Shown here one piece after another: positions 48,165 to 58,924 of a DNA stretch of 64,000 nt. Source of the DNA: Candidatus Thorarchaeota archaeon (GTDB lineage Archaea > Asgardarchaeota > Thorarchaeia > Thorarchaeales > Thorarchaeaceae); contig RDOC01000001.1 of NCBI GenBank assembly GCA_011364985.1, positions 159,576 through 223,575 on the forward strand. The letters are read 5' to 3'. The translations under genes and the position numbers were made by a program. Below the pieces are notes generated by a model that saw only the letters and a program-made list of their open reading frames with translations, ran no database searches and was not told the origin of the DNA. The stretch's first letter is position 1. Every line of letters begins with the position of its first letter.

Positions 48165-49670
48165 TCACTCATCGAGGCGAGGTATTTCTGTAATCACGGA
48201 CTTCAAGAGCCTATACAGGACAGGTATATCCGAGATTCTTACCCGCTCATCTGGAGTATGCGCGTTTTGAATATCAGGCCCAACTGATACCATTTGGATG
48301 CCAGGGATTTTGGCCCCAATGATTCCTGTTTCGAGTCCTGCGTGGATAGCAGAAACCTCTACTTCTCTTCCAAACACGCGGCCATAGATGTCCTTTACAA
48401 AGAGAAGGAATGGACTTTCAGGTTCTGGTTTCCACCCTGGATATGCGGGAGTCTGTGTGAGATTCCAATGTCCCAGGCTGGCAATTCCTGCAATTGACCG
48501 GCGAGTAGCTGCAATCTCTTCATCAACGCTGCTTCGTATGGAGAGATGAAATGTGATTAGCTCTTCTTCGGTCTCGATTATTGCGAAGTTTGAAGACGTT
48601 TCAACAAGGCCTTCAACAGAAGGAGAGTATCTTAATGGTCCGTGAGGAAGGGCACTTGCGGTAGCAATGATGGCTTTGGATTCTCTTACTGAAAAGGTGG
48701 GTCTTTTCGCTTCATCATACCAGGAGATTTCAATTTCTGGCTCAAGTATCTTTGCACCTGTGACATCACTTCGATAGTATGACAGGATCGCTTTGCGTTC
48801 ACTCTTCAGAATCTCTATTGCAGCATCTATGTTCTTGACTGCAACAATTGCCTCGGATTCACGGGCAATAGCATTATGTTTGGACCCTCCGTTCCACTCA
48901 GCCAATGAGATCGTGACATCGTTGGAAATGGCCGAGAGAATTCGTGCAAGAAGAACATTAGCATTACCGCGCGGAAGATGAATGTCAACACCTGAGTGGC
49001 CACCAAGCAGACCTGAAACAGAAATATGGAGGAAATGCCAGTCTTTACTCTCATCGGAAAGAGAAACTTGCCTCTTCAAGATGGCATCACCCCCGCCGGC
49101 AGAGCCAATGGTCATTGTGCCCAGCAATTCGGAGTCAATGTTGATCATCAACTTGCTCCTGATTCCCAATGCATCAATGTCGAGACCAAATGCACCAACA
49201 AGACCTGTCTCTTCATCCACGGTGATCAGAACTTCAAGAGGACCATGAGAAATTGTATCATCAAAGAGCAAAGCCAAGGCAAGGGCAATGCCAATCCCAT
49301 TATCAGCACCGAGGGTTGTACCCTCTGCTTCTACCCACTTACCATCTTCAGACAGCTGGATGGGAATTGGATTGGAATCGAAGTTGAAGCCCTCAGGTCT
49401 GTTGGTTTCGCAGACCATATCACAGTGTCCCTGAAGAAGTATTGATGGCCATGATTCATTTCCCTCTGTTGCAGCCTTTCGAATAAGGAGGTTTCCAATT
49501 TCATCCTCTAATATCTCGAGGACATTGTCCTTATTCTTCGCCATCTTAACAGCCCAAGTCTTAATTGCCGATCGTACTCGGGCCTCCTTCTTTGATGGTC
49601 GTGGATTTTTCGATAAGACGAATTCAAAAATCTCCCATACCAGCTTTGGCTCCAAGTCTTCCAATACCAT
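48165..49670 (-). CDS. pepD: Aminoacyl-histidine dipeptidase (M20C)
   Basis: LQGHCDMVCE, GTTLGADNGIG, VDEETGL, NIDSE, GGHSGVDIH, IHAGLE, HTPDE. Start placed at ATG 49670. Confidence 0.92.
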   Translation of the reverse strand: MVLEDLEPKLVWEIFEFVLSKNPRPSKKEARVRSAIKTWAVKMAKNKDNVLEILEDEIGNLLIRKAATEGNESWPSILLQGHCDMVCETNRPEGFNFDSNPIPIQLSEDGKWVEAEGTTLGADNGIGIALALALLFDDTISHGPLEVLITVDEETGLVGAFGLDIDALGIRSKLMINIDSELLGTMTIGSAGGGDAILKRQVSLSDESKDWHFLHISVSGLLGGHSGVDIHLPRGNANVLLARILSAISNDVTISLAEWNGGSKHNAIARESEAIVAVKNIDAAIEILKSERKAILSYYRSDVTGAKILEPEIEISWYDEAKRPTFSVRESKAIIATASALPHGPLRYSPSVEGLVETSSNFAIIETEEELITFHLSIRSSVDEEIAATRRSIAGIASLGHWNLTQTPAYPGWKPEPESPFLLFVKDIYGRVFGREVEVSAIHAGLETGIIGAKIPGIQMVSVGPDIQNAHTPDERVRISDIPVLYRLLKSVITEIPRLDE

Positions 49671-49774
49671 TCTAAGCATACCTTGGACTGAATTAGAACC
49701 GAAGGCACTATTTAGCCTTCCACTACCGGCGTAGTAGGTACATTTTTCATTGCTATCTTGAAAGATAGAACGCC

Positions 49775-50647
49775 ATGATTTTTGATCCAGGAATCTCGAC
49801 TTTTCTACAGAATCTAATACCTTGGGCAAACCTATTCTTCCGCCTGATGACCGAGCTAGGTTCGGAAACGTTCTATGTATCAGTAATACTGATTGCCTAT
49901 TGGGCGTTCAGGAAGAAAGAAGCAATAGCAGCTGCGATTCTGCTGCTTCTTACCTATTTGTCCAACTACTGGCTGAAGTATGTGATTGCCAATCCCCGTC
50001 CGCCCACCTCCGTGTGGGTTGAAGGAGTTGAAGCAACCAACTATAGCACACCTAGTGGTCATGCCCAGCTTGCAGCAACCTTGTACGGTTGGCTAGACCT
50101 GAAGGTTAGAAAATGGTGGATGGTAGTTTTGTCGATAGTAATCGTCACGCTGATTGGCATCTCGCGAGTCTATCTTGGGGTACACTATCTGGGCGACGTG
50201 CTACTAGGGTGGGCAATAGGCATTCTAACCGTCATTCTCTATTATTGTTTAGAAGGATCGCTTGAAAGAGCACAGGAAAGACTACGTGGAGAGTATCTAT
50301 ACTTCATTCTGTTTCTAGTAGGTTTCATGGGTCTACTTATCAGCCTAGCATTGCCGTCGCCCCCTAGAGACAATTTCGGATCATACGCAGGACTGTTAAT
50401 GGGTTTGGCTGTTGCATTTCCGTTGGAGCAGCGTTTCGTGGGCTTTGAAACTAATTTGTTTCCAGTGCCAAAATGGAAGCTTGTTCTCCGAGTGGCGTTT
50501 GGTATTTTGCTAGTGCTCGGAGTCATGCTTGGATTGTCGCCGTTCTTGCCGACAGAAGACATCATACTCCGAGCTTTACGCTATTTCCTTGTTGCTCTGA
50601 TCGGAGCCTTTCTTTGGCCATTGATTTTTACTAAAGCAAAGATATGA
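49775..50647 (+). CDS. PAP2 family membrane phosphatase
   Basis: K...PRP, PSGH and SRVYLGVHY motifs. Confidence 0.9.
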   Translation: MIFDPGISTFLQNLIPWANLFFRLMTELGSETFYVSVILIAYWAFRKKEAIAAAILLLLTYLSNYWLKYVIANPRPPTSVWVEGVEATNYSTPSGHAQLAATLYGWLDLKVRKWWMVVLSIVIVTLIGISRVYLGVHYLGDVLLGWAIGILTVILYYCLEGSLERAQERLRGEYLYFILFLVGFMGLLISLALPSPPRDNFGSYAGLLMGLAVAFPLEQRFVGFETNLFPVPKWKLVLRVAFGILLVLGVMLGLSPFLPTEDIILRALRYFLVALIGAFLWPLIFTKAKI

Positions 50648-50767
50648 TCAATTGTGGGAAGAAGGAAGCTCATCATGAAGGTGTCTCTTACTTTCCCATA
50701 CATCATCCGATTATTGTATTCAATCGTTATTCCTGAGGACTAGTGAGGATTCTCGGCAGATTCAATA

Positions 50768-51520
50768 ATGCATCCGTATTCAGCCATGTTTGTGATCAAT
50801 TTGCCAAACGAGTTCAGTACACCACTTGGCAGTCCTTTGTATCCCAAAGCGCCCTATCATTACAAGGACGCGAAGCTTTTCCTCGCACTCTTCAACCCTA
50901 CGGAGTCTTCGTTGAAGAGGATGCTGCGGGAGCCACTTCGGCCCTCTCAAATGCCGTTGGCGGGAATGATGTTCGGCGAGCAAAGATGTGTTGAAACAGG
51001 TACGTTCATGGAGGCGGCAATACTTGTGCAGTGCATGTTTGACAACCCAGATACCAATGAGGAGGAAGTCGGAGTTTACTTTGCCCACAACTATGTCGAT
51101 ACTGATGTGGCCCAATCTGCAGGCCGAGAGATCTGGGGATATCCTCGAAAACTAGCAGAGATTGAGTTGAGCGTGAAAGGAGATGTTGTGGAAGGGACTG
51201 TTGCCCGCCATGGCATCACGCTCTTGAAGGCTTCTTGCATCCTTGAGGACGACGGGGAATGGATTGATAGCGGCCCAAACATCAATTTCAAGGTAATCCC
51301 AAGTGTTACAGGAAACGGATATGACCTAGCACAAATCACGGCAGGATATCTTACCTATGACATAAAGTGTGGCAAGTCAGGAGAGGTTGAGTTTGAAATC
51401 CAGAATGGTCCAGAGGATGATTTTTGCTCTATTGAAATAGAAGCATCAATGCTTGGTCTCTACTTTGATTGCGACATCACAGTCCCTCCTGGAAGAGTCG
51501 TGGGAGAAGTCAAGTTATAG
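50768..51520 (+). CDS. Acetoacetate decarboxylase family protein
   Basis: GREIWGYPRK Schiff-base Lys motif; NFKVIPS. Confidence 0.85.
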   Translation: MHPYSAMFVINLPNEFSTPLGSPLYPKAPYHYKDAKLFLALFNPTESSLKRMLREPLRPSQMPLAGMMFGEQRCVETGTFMEAAILVQCMFDNPDTNEEEVGVYFAHNYVDTDVAQSAGREIWGYPRKLAEIELSVKGDVVEGTVARHGITLLKASCILEDDGEWIDSGPNINFKVIPSVTGNGYDLAQITAGYLTYDIKCGKSGEVEFEIQNGPEDDFCSIEIEASMLGLYFDCDITVPPGRVVGEVKL

Positions 51521-51524
51521 CCCA

Positions 51525-52151
51525 TTACTCTAAGGTTATCCATCCATAGTAAAGCAAGATTGAAGCTAGGGCAATTGCCTCACCGTCGGAGAATCCCACC
51601 ATACGAGCAATATCGCGGAGCGTGCGTTTTCCATTGGTTGATTGCTCAATTAGCTCAAGTTTGAAATCAACTTCTGCAGTTCTCCAAGGAATGACTTCAC
51701 CAGTGTCTGAAGCCTTGAGAACTACATCTAGATTGAGATTTGCTAAGGGGAACTCCTCGATTATGTTCAGTGCAAAGTCCTTGAATTGCCGAATATCTCC
51801 AACACCAGAATGAATAGCATCGTCAAATTCAATCTCAAACTGCTGTAGAATCCGCATTAGCTTTGCCCGATAGACATCTTCATCATCAACAGAAATCATA
51901 CCAATTAGAGCGATGGCATGGCTAGCAGTCTCAAAAATATAGATGGAGTTCTTCCATCGAATTGCTCGCAAGTCATCCTTGGACAAATGTAGGACTGCCC
52001 TTAGTAGAGCTGCATGCATATCAGGATTAACTGGTTCTGCGCCTGCATAGGGAATATAGAGCATCAGCTCACCACCTTCTGTACCCAAAATCATTACATG
52101 CCTGATTTTGGACACATCAATATTGTCCTTTGCAGGGTTCACATCATTCAT
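51525..52151 (-). CDS. Longin-like + winged-helix protein (NPRL2-like)
   Basis: Longin pattern (VMILGTEGGELML...NPDMHAALLRAV...ILQQFEIEF...FKDF) followed by NGKRTLRDIA...LLYYGWITL. Confidence 0.65.
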   Translation of the reverse strand: MNDVNPAKDNIDVSKIRHVMILGTEGGELMLYIPYAGAEPVNPDMHAALLRAVLHLSKDDLRAIRWKNSIYIFETASHAIALIGMISVDDEDVYRAKLMRILQQFEIEFDDAIHSGVGDIRQFKDFALNIIEEFPLANLNLDVVLKASDTGEVIPWRTAEVDFKLELIEQSTNGKRTLRDIARMVGFSDGEAIALASILLYYGWITLE

Positions 52152-52233
52152 GATACGTAACCACTGGAATTCAGCATTAAATTATGATGTATCGTGTGGG
52201 AAATATTCGTTTTCGGAGTCTACTTCATCTATC

Positions 52234-53970
52234 CTAGAGATATTTCGATGCCTCAATCTGAGCAAGCTTCACACCCGCACTATGAGAATACCGTCTAAAG
52301 AGGAAATAGCAGATGGCAGCATAAATCGGAAGGAAGATGTAGACGGAAAGAATGCCTATCAACGCGCCTTGAACTGCTCCTACAAGTGTGCCAATACCGA
52401 GCATTCCAAAAACGCCAGCATATCCCAAGATGTAGGGAATGACCTGAGCTCTCACAATGGACCATCCGCGAATAGGTTGCTGAACTGCGGAACCTCTCTG
52501 TCGTGTAATTATCCGTTCCGCCTTGAAGTCGCCCCCAATTGCTGCTGCATTGGCCGCTATCGCTCCAGATGCAACATTTATGAAAACAGCTGCAATTGCC
52601 ACTGCAGGGAGATAGGGTAAGAGGGAGAAATCAATGATGATAATAATAACGGAAATAATGACAGTAGCAGCAATGACAAATGGTACAGCACTGTATACCT
52701 TACCTTTGATATAGTCAGCCATGTTTGCCGCCGCCAGCTGAAGAGTCATTATGTTTTTCCCTTCGTAGACAATTTCATAGCCTGCGAAATATACACCGTA
52801 TGAAATGGCGAAGGGAATGAGGGCTGCAAGTATGAGGAAGGGAGTAAATATCATTGCTTCCTCACCCACTGCGAACACTGGGAGGATTAGGAAGATGACA
52901 AACCGAAGGGGACCAACGAGATATTGAGCCAAGACGCGGCCCTCCCTCCTAATCGAGGCAATATTATACCATATAGATACGCTAACCGTTTGGTTGAAGG
53001 TAAATCCAGGAATAGGTTGTGGGTTCCAAGTTGCATGAGATAATGACTCCAATTTTGCAGAAGTACGCTTGGATCCGCTAGCAAGCCAGCCGCTGTAATG
53101 CGCTTTTTCACTAACGACTGCATTGAGATATACAAGAAATACGCCACCCAATAGAAAGACAAGTCCCATTAGTACATCCTGAATCCGGATTGGCACTCCC
53201 ACTAGAACGCTCAATGAGAGTGCACTGACGGCATAGCCGGGAGTCATGTCTGAGGAGAATCCTAAGGCATTAGTTATTGCGAATAGCCACTGAAAGAGTT
53301 CTCCACTATCAGAGGAATAGATTGCATAGTAATAGAATACACTTACCACGATGGCTGCAGCACTTCCAAGGAACCAGCCAATTTGCTTCAACGTTCGGCG
53401 ACCAGCAAGGAGTTTTGAGAACAGGAGTCCGAGAAGACCTCCAAGAGAAACCCCAATCGTAATCACCCCCAGCACAAGAACAACAAAGACTGGAATTGAA
53501 AGAAAAGCGAACAAGGATGATGATGCGATTGAAAGACCAATGAAGATAGAAACGCCGACTAGCTGCCAGAGAATAGAGTTGTACAGAATTACATAGATTG
53601 TCTTCTCCAAGAAGATTGTCCGCATCGAAATTGGCATGATGAGGACGTACTCCATCTTTGAGCTATTACCCACAGTGCTAGCAGACACCATGATTGAACC
53701 AATGAACGAAAAAAGGAGGATTGCATTGAAGATGGTTGCACCAATCCCAAGATTTTCGGAGATAAGCTCAGCCACAAACGGCCAGCCAAACAAAGGAACG
53801 ATTGTGGTGATAATCCAGATAATGAATAAAGCAACAAGTGTTCCGCCAATGACTGGAAAGAATCGGCGCAACGTGCTCTTTTGTTCGGTTCGCTTTCCCT
53901 TGACACGTCCAACCCGGAAGCTCTTGCGAAAATCTTCGTGCAACAAAAGCAGCAAGTCCGATAGATTCAC
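52234..53970 (-). CDS. ABC exporter permease (large ABC-2-like)
   Basis: More than 10 TMs; MEYVLIMPISMRTIFLEK and EGKNIMTLQ motifs; overlaps the ATPase gene. Confidence 0.82.
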   Translation of the reverse strand: MNLSDLLLLLHEDFRKSFRVGRVKGKRTEQKSTLRRFFPVIGGTLVALFIIWIITTIVPLFGWPFVAELISENLGIGATIFNAILLFSFIGSIMVSASTVGNSSKMEYVLIMPISMRTIFLEKTIYVILYNSILWQLVGVSIFIGLSIASSSLFAFLSIPVFVVLVLGVITIGVSLGGLLGLLFSKLLAGRRTLKQIGWFLGSAAAIVVSVFYYYAIYSSDSGELFQWLFAITNALGFSSDMTPGYAVSALSLSVLVGVPIRIQDVLMGLVFLLGGVFLVYLNAVVSEKAHYSGWLASGSKRTSAKLESLSHATWNPQPIPGFTFNQTVSVSIWYNIASIRREGRVLAQYLVGPLRFVIFLILPVFAVGEEAMIFTPFLILAALIPFAISYGVYFAGYEIVYEGKNIMTLQLAAANMADYIKGKVYSAVPFVIAATVIISVIIIIIDFSLLPYLPAVAIAAVFINVASGAIAANAAAIGGDFKAERIITRQRGSAVQQPIRGWSIVRAQVIPYILGYAGVFGMLGIGTLVGAVQGALIGILSVYIFLPIYAAICYFLFRRYSHSAGVKLAQIEASKYL

Positions 53971-54731
53971 GCAATCTCACCTAGAAATTCTGCGATTTTC
54001 TGCATATCAGGTCCACCAGTCAAGGAGAGGAAAATCTCTTCCAGACTCGAATGACCCTTTGCTTGAAGTCTTAATTCATCCATTGTACCCTCTGCAATCA
54101 TCTTCCCTTGGTTAATTATCCCGATGCGGTCACACATCTGCTCGGCAATTTCCAAGACGTGAGTACTCATTAGTATGCTAGCGCCTCTGTCGCGCAGGCC
54201 GTTCATTATCTCCTTGATTGTGGCAGCCCCTCTAGGGTCGATGCCGGCTTGAACCTCGTCCAGAATAAGCACCTTGGGATGGTGAATCAAGGCGGCAACA
54301 AGACCTATCTTTCGAGCCATCCCTTTCGAGTAGGTCTCGATAAGATCATCACTCGCATCACGAATGTCAAGAAGGGTTAGAAGCTCTTCGATTTCCTCTT
54401 CACGTTCAGGGCCTCTTTGTATTCGCCAAATATCAGCTACGTAGTTGATATACTCCCAGCCAGTAAGACGCTCCGGTAAGACAGGTTCTTCAGGAACATA
54501 ACCCATGACACGTTTGGCGGCTACTATCTCGTTGGCGATACCATGTCCCATAATCCGAGCTGTGCCAGAGGTTGGTTGCAGGATACCCAACAGCATTCTC
54601 ATTGTTGTGGACTTTCCGGACCCATTGGGCCCCAGCAAGCCGTAAATCTCGCCCGCGCCTACATGAAACGAGAGACCGTCAACAGCGGTGAATTCGGTGA
54701 ACTTCTTTGTGAGTTCCAGTGCCTCAATCAT
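53967..54731 (-). CDS. ABC transporter ATP-binding protein
   Basis: GPNGSGKST, YSKGM, ILDE, STH. Confidence 0.93.
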   Translation of the reverse strand: MIEALELTKKFTEFTAVDGLSFHVGAGEIYGLLGPNGSGKSTTMRMLLGILQPTSGTARIMGHGIANEIVAAKRVMGYVPEEPVLPERLTGWEYINYVADIWRIQRGPEREEEIEELLTLLDIRDASDDLIETYSKGMARKIGLVAALIHHPKVLILDEVQAGIDPRGAATIKEIMNGLRDRGASILMSTHVLEIAEQMCDRIGIINQGKMIAEGTMDELRLQAKGHSSLEEIFLSLTGGPDMQKIAEFLGEIA

Positions 54732-54826
54732 CTATATCAGTGTCAACTTCAATCATCTAGAGTTTTAATAGTTGGGATATTAGCCAACCGAATTCATTAT
54801 TAGTCACTCCTAGGTCGGCCCACGAC

Positions 54827-55921
54827 ATGACAGTCGAAACGTGGAGACTACTTGACCTTGGTCCGATTCCACCACTCGAAACACAGATTATCTATGACAT
54901 GATTGCGCAAGGAATCACAGAGAAAGAATCTGAAAACACACTGGTCATTTGCTGGCCCACAAAGCCCATTGTCTGCCTAGGCTACTTCCAAGAAATAGAG
55001 AAGGATATTGATACACAGTTTTGCATTGAGAATGATATAGTATTCACGAGACGAGTGATTGGTGGTGGAGGCGTCTATCTTGACGACGGTCAGCTGTTCT
55101 ACCAGCTCATCAGTCGATTGGATAGCCCCACGACACCAAGAAAGATAGATGACTATTATAGAAAATTCCTTGAAGCACCTGTTCAAGCCTATAGGAATCT
55201 CGGAGTTCCAGCGGAATTTAAGCCAGTCAACGACTTGATTGCAAATGGAAAGAAGGTTTCAGGAAACGGTGCAGGGGACGTAGGAGATGCGAGGATTCTA
55301 ACAGGGAACCTCATTTTCGACTTCAATTTTGACATGATGGTCAAGGTTCTCAAAGTACCCGACGAAAAATTCAGAGACAAAATTGCAAAGAGCCTACGTG
55401 AACGGATGACTACAATCCTCTTAGAAACGGGAGGGCTCCCAGACAGGAACGAGGTGAAGGAGGATTTAGTTAGGCTCTATGAGGAAACCCTAGATATCGA
55501 GTTGGCGCAAGGCAAGCTCAGCTCATGGGAAATGGGTAGGATGGCTGAGCTGAAACCCAAGTATCTCTCTGATGAGTGGTTACATTGGAGGCGCGGCGGG
55601 AGAATAGATGCGAGAACTGTTCGCATATCAGCCAGCGCACTTGTCGGAACGTCAAATTTCAAAGCTCCAGGAGGGCTCATCAGGGTGACAGTTGAAGAGG
55701 TTGAGAAGAAGATCAAGGAGATAGTCATCAGTGGCGATTTCTTCATGCTCCCAGGTGATGCCATAAGTAACCTTGAACACGCCTTGATCGGAGCCAAGAC
55801 CGAGAACGGAGAAACATCTAGCAGAATTCAATCTGTCTACGAGAAATACAAGATTGAATCACCAGGGGTCACTCCAGAAGATCTAGAAATGGCAATCAAG
55901 ATGGCTCTCGAACAGAAGTAA
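54827..55921 (+). CDS. lplA: Lipoate-protein ligase A with fused C-terminal domain
   Basis: RRVIGGGGVYLD, VNDLIANGKKVSGNG, C-terminal KAPGGLI...ISGDFF. Confidence 0.88.
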   Translation: MTVETWRLLDLGPIPPLETQIIYDMIAQGITEKESENTLVICWPTKPIVCLGYFQEIEKDIDTQFCIENDIVFTRRVIGGGGVYLDDGQLFYQLISRLDSPTTPRKIDDYYRKFLEAPVQAYRNLGVPAEFKPVNDLIANGKKVSGNGAGDVGDARILTGNLIFDFNFDMMVKVLKVPDEKFRDKIAKSLRERMTTILLETGGLPDRNEVKEDLVRLYEETLDIELAQGKLSSWEMGRMAELKPKYLSDEWLHWRRGGRIDARTVRISASALVGTSNFKAPGGLIRVTVEEVEKKIKEIVISGDFFMLPGDAISNLEHALIGAKTENGETSSRIQSVYEKYKIESPGVTPEDLEMAIKMALEQK

Positions 55922-56052
55922 AGCAAATCTGTGACCTTCGATGGTTTCAGTTTCTGAAGCCTTTTGCATTGATGAATTCTGGTATGATAAGCGAGTTGTT
56001 TGTACTTCCGAATTACATATGAGAGATGGCACCATACAATTAGCAGGCTAAG

Positions 56053-56730
56053 ATGAAAAGAGTAAAGGCAATTGGGATTATAGTAATTCTAATCTCTGTG
56101 GCTGTTACGGTTACCCTTCTATTATCATACACAATGTTAGAGCCGCACCAATGCGAGTGGGGAATTGCAACTGGTGATGACTTCCTCTTTGACATTAGAG
56201 TTGAAGGGGCGCATATCAATGAGGAGATTCCCATTCCATTCTTGATATTCAATAACACTCGAATACAAACCACTATCATTAGCTTACCGAATATTTCAAC
56301 AATCGATTTGGAACAGAACTTCGAGCAGCTTGTGGGCGCTATGGAAGTACATAGTGTATTTGCTAATGGAACTGAATTCCCAGCAGACAAGCCGGAGGGG
56401 TATGACGCTCCATGGGTTACAACGATATCCACAATGATTTCAAGGGCAATTCTACCGATTGATGAATGGAGTCTAATAGATAGGCTCTTCTTTGATGAAA
56501 ATGACTACAACATTTCGGTGTTGATTGGTCGACCTGAGAATGATTACTATGCCTCAAGCAATCAGGATTACTTCTTCTTCTTCGCTCATAGAATCTTTAG
56601 CATTGATTCTGGCAATGGATGGTATGCCAAACTTGATTATGGCACCGGATTTCCCTTCTACATAAATCACTGGGAAAGCGACCCAATCTGTATCGGATAC
56701 TACAAGGTGATTCTCACACTTGTTGTCTGA
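56053..56730 (+). CDS. Hypothetical N-terminally anchored exported protein
   Basis: N-terminal signal/anchor, beta-rich body with AILPI.EW motif; visibly AT-richer DNA. Confidence 0.7.
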   Translation: MKRVKAIGIIVILISVAVTVTLLLSYTMLEPHQCEWGIATGDDFLFDIRVEGAHINEEIPIPFLIFNNTRIQTTIISLPNISTIDLEQNFEQLVGAMEVHSVFANGTEFPADKPEGYDAPWVTTISTMISRAILPIDEWSLIDRLFFDENDYNISVLIGRPENDYYASSNQDYFFFFAHRIFSIDSGNGWYAKLDYGTGFPFYINHWESDPICIGYYKVILTLVV

Positions 56731-56883
56731 AGATACTAGGTTCTCATTCTCTAGATTAGACAAAAGGCTTTAATTTTGGTTCTTTGAAAAAGGGCTCTTT
56801 GAAGACAGAATTCCTAGTTGTCTGTTTAAGATTCTTATTACATTTCGAAAAGGCTTGGCAATTGTAGTGGAGTGAGATGTAAA

Positions 56884-57840
56884 ATGGCAGACCTAACATT
56901 CGTACCAACTTGGGTATTCCTGGATTCCTTAATCTTCATTATAGCAATGATAACCACCTATGATATTATCAAAAAGGAAGAATACCCTCAATATGTGCTA
57001 TTAGAGATGGTTTGTTTTTCACTACTCTATGCTGCAATCTTTGAGAACTTTGCAACAATAATGGGTTGGTACGAATATGGTAGGTCACTAATCATGGTTG
57101 GTAATGTTACTCTTGGCGTCCCAATAGTTGAGTATTTGGTGGTTTATACGACATTGGGTATGCTTAGGCATATGGAAATCCCAGAATGGTGCAAACCACT
57201 GATTGTGGGGTTTTTCGGAAGGATATTTGATTTCTCCCTTGATCCAGTCGCCGTACGTTTGAGATTTACAACAGTAGATGGCACCATTGGAAGGTGGACA
57301 TGGTTCATTGATCCTTCTGATGCTAACATCTATAATGTTCCTGTGTACAACTTCTCTGGCTGGGTTCTCCTATGCGGGTATGCAGCGGTATTTCTTATCC
57401 TTGGACGTCGATGGTTCAAACGCTCAAATTACAACCATAAAGTAGGCGTGCTCTATCCTATGCTCTCTATGCTCGCTGCCTTAGCAGTATTAATGTCTCC
57501 ACTCAGTAATTTCCTTCTGTGGCTAGAACCTATATTCTTCAAAGGTAGTATTGGAGAATGGATAATGCTGTCAGTATTCTTGGCCGCGCCAGTTGTATTG
57601 CTTCTGGTTTTTTGGAGAGGAAGGATGAAACATAGATTCCTACTCAAAGAGAACTATCCTACAGCCTTGGTATTTATCCTTCTACCGGTTGTTAATGTTG
57701 TATTTGCAGTCGTCTATGGATTCTTTGAAATCCTCTGGTTAGAACTGCTTTTCGCATTTCTTTCTTGTTTCTTGGTTCTATTAGTGGATTATATAAGTAG
57801 AAGCGAAAAACAAGTTGAAGCTTCTCAAATAGGATCGTGA
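56884..57840 (+). CDS. CruF/DUF422-like membrane hydratase (carotenoid biosynthesis family)
   Basis: FENFA...GWYEY, DFSLDPVAV...WTW...YNVPVYNFSGW; multi-pass. Confidence 0.7.
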   Translation: MADLTFVPTWVFLDSLIFIIAMITTYDIIKKEEYPQYVLLEMVCFSLLYAAIFENFATIMGWYEYGRSLIMVGNVTLGVPIVEYLVVYTTLGMLRHMEIPEWCKPLIVGFFGRIFDFSLDPVAVRLRFTTVDGTIGRWTWFIDPSDANIYNVPVYNFSGWVLLCGYAAVFLILGRRWFKRSNYNHKVGVLYPMLSMLAALAVLMSPLSNFLLWLEPIFFKGSIGEWIMLSVFLAAPVVLLLVFWRGRMKHRFLLKENYPTALVFILLPVVNVVFAVVYGFFEILWLELLFAFLSCFLVLLVDYISRSEKQVEASQIGS

Positions 57841-57846
57841 AACTGA

Positions 57847-58923
57847 ATGTCATTCGAAGTACAAGCACCAGGAAGAGTCTGCTTGTTTGGTGAACATAGT
57901 GACTACTTGGGACTCGATGTCATCCCTGCGGCCATTGACATGTACATTCGAATTACTGCCCATCCCGGAGATGATGACACAATCAGTATTGAATATCTAG
58001 ATACAGGCCAAAAGGACACCTTTCCTGCCGCTCAGTGCATCCCATATAAGAGAAGTAGGGATTATGTCCGAAGCGCGTTTAACGTGATGCGTAGAAACGG
58101 TATGTCACCGAAACACGGTTGGCATCTGGAGATAGAAGGTAACATACCTATTGCTGCAGGACTATCTTCATCATCAGCACTAACTACTGCGGCTGTCCTC
58201 GCAGTGGCAAGAATGTCAGAAGAGGAAATTGGGAAGGACAGACTCGCCGAGCTTGCATTCTTCGCAGAAGTTGCCGAGTTCAAAGAGAGTGGTGGGAGAA
58301 TGGACCACTACGCTTCGGCATATGGTGGACTCATACATCTAGCCTTTGATGAGAAGCTGAAGGTGACCCAGATTCCTGCCGAACCAGAAGGATTTGTAAT
58401 TGGGGATTCCATGCAAAGAAAGCAGGACACTGTGGGAGATCTTCGATCCATTAGAGAAACCGTCGAGAGCGAATATGAGAGGTTCAAGCGGCAGATGCCA
58501 GAATTCGACCTGAAACATACACCTGTCAATCAGATTGAGGAGCTTTCACGTAATACGGCAGATAAGGCAAGAACAATGGCGATAACAACACTGAGAAATC
58601 GCGACCTCACAAAAAGAGCCCTAGGAGTGCTCAACGGGCCCAAAGTGGACGCTGGAGATCTAGGCGATTTGATTAACGAACATCACAAGTACCTTAGAGA
58701 TGGTCTTGGGCGGTCAACCCCAAAGATTGAGAAGCTAATAGCACGGTCTCTTGATGCTGGTGCCCTTGGCTGTAAGATCAATGGCAGTGGAGGCGGAGGA
58801 ACTATGCTTGCATATGCGCCGAAGGCCCAGGAAGAAGTTGCCAAAGCAATTCAAGATGCAGGAGGAGCTCCATACATTGTGCGAATTGGCAAGGGAGCCG
58901 CCTTTATGGAATTGGATAGGTGA
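57847..58923 (+). CDS. GHMP kinase, galactokinase/mevalonate kinase family
   Basis: APGRVCLFGEHSDY, PIAAGLSSS, GRMD, GCKINGSGGGG. Confidence 0.88.
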   Translation: MSFEVQAPGRVCLFGEHSDYLGLDVIPAAIDMYIRITAHPGDDDTISIEYLDTGQKDTFPAAQCIPYKRSRDYVRSAFNVMRRNGMSPKHGWHLEIEGNIPIAAGLSSSSALTTAAVLAVARMSEEEIGKDRLAELAFFAEVAEFKESGGRMDHYASAYGGLIHLAFDEKLKVTQIPAEPEGFVIGDSMQRKQDTVGDLRSIRETVESEYERFKRQMPEFDLKHTPVNQIEELSRNTADKARTMAITTLRNRDLTKRALGVLNGPKVDAGDLGDLINEHHKYLRDGLGRSTPKIEKLIARSLDAGALGCKINGSGGGGTMLAYAPKAQEEVAKAIQDAGGAPYIVRIGKGAAFMELDR

Positions 58924-58924
58924 C

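Noticed and set aside
49671-49829. Long N-terminal extension of PepD
   Set aside because: Would overlap the divergent PAP2 gene; family similarity begins at MVLEDLEP.
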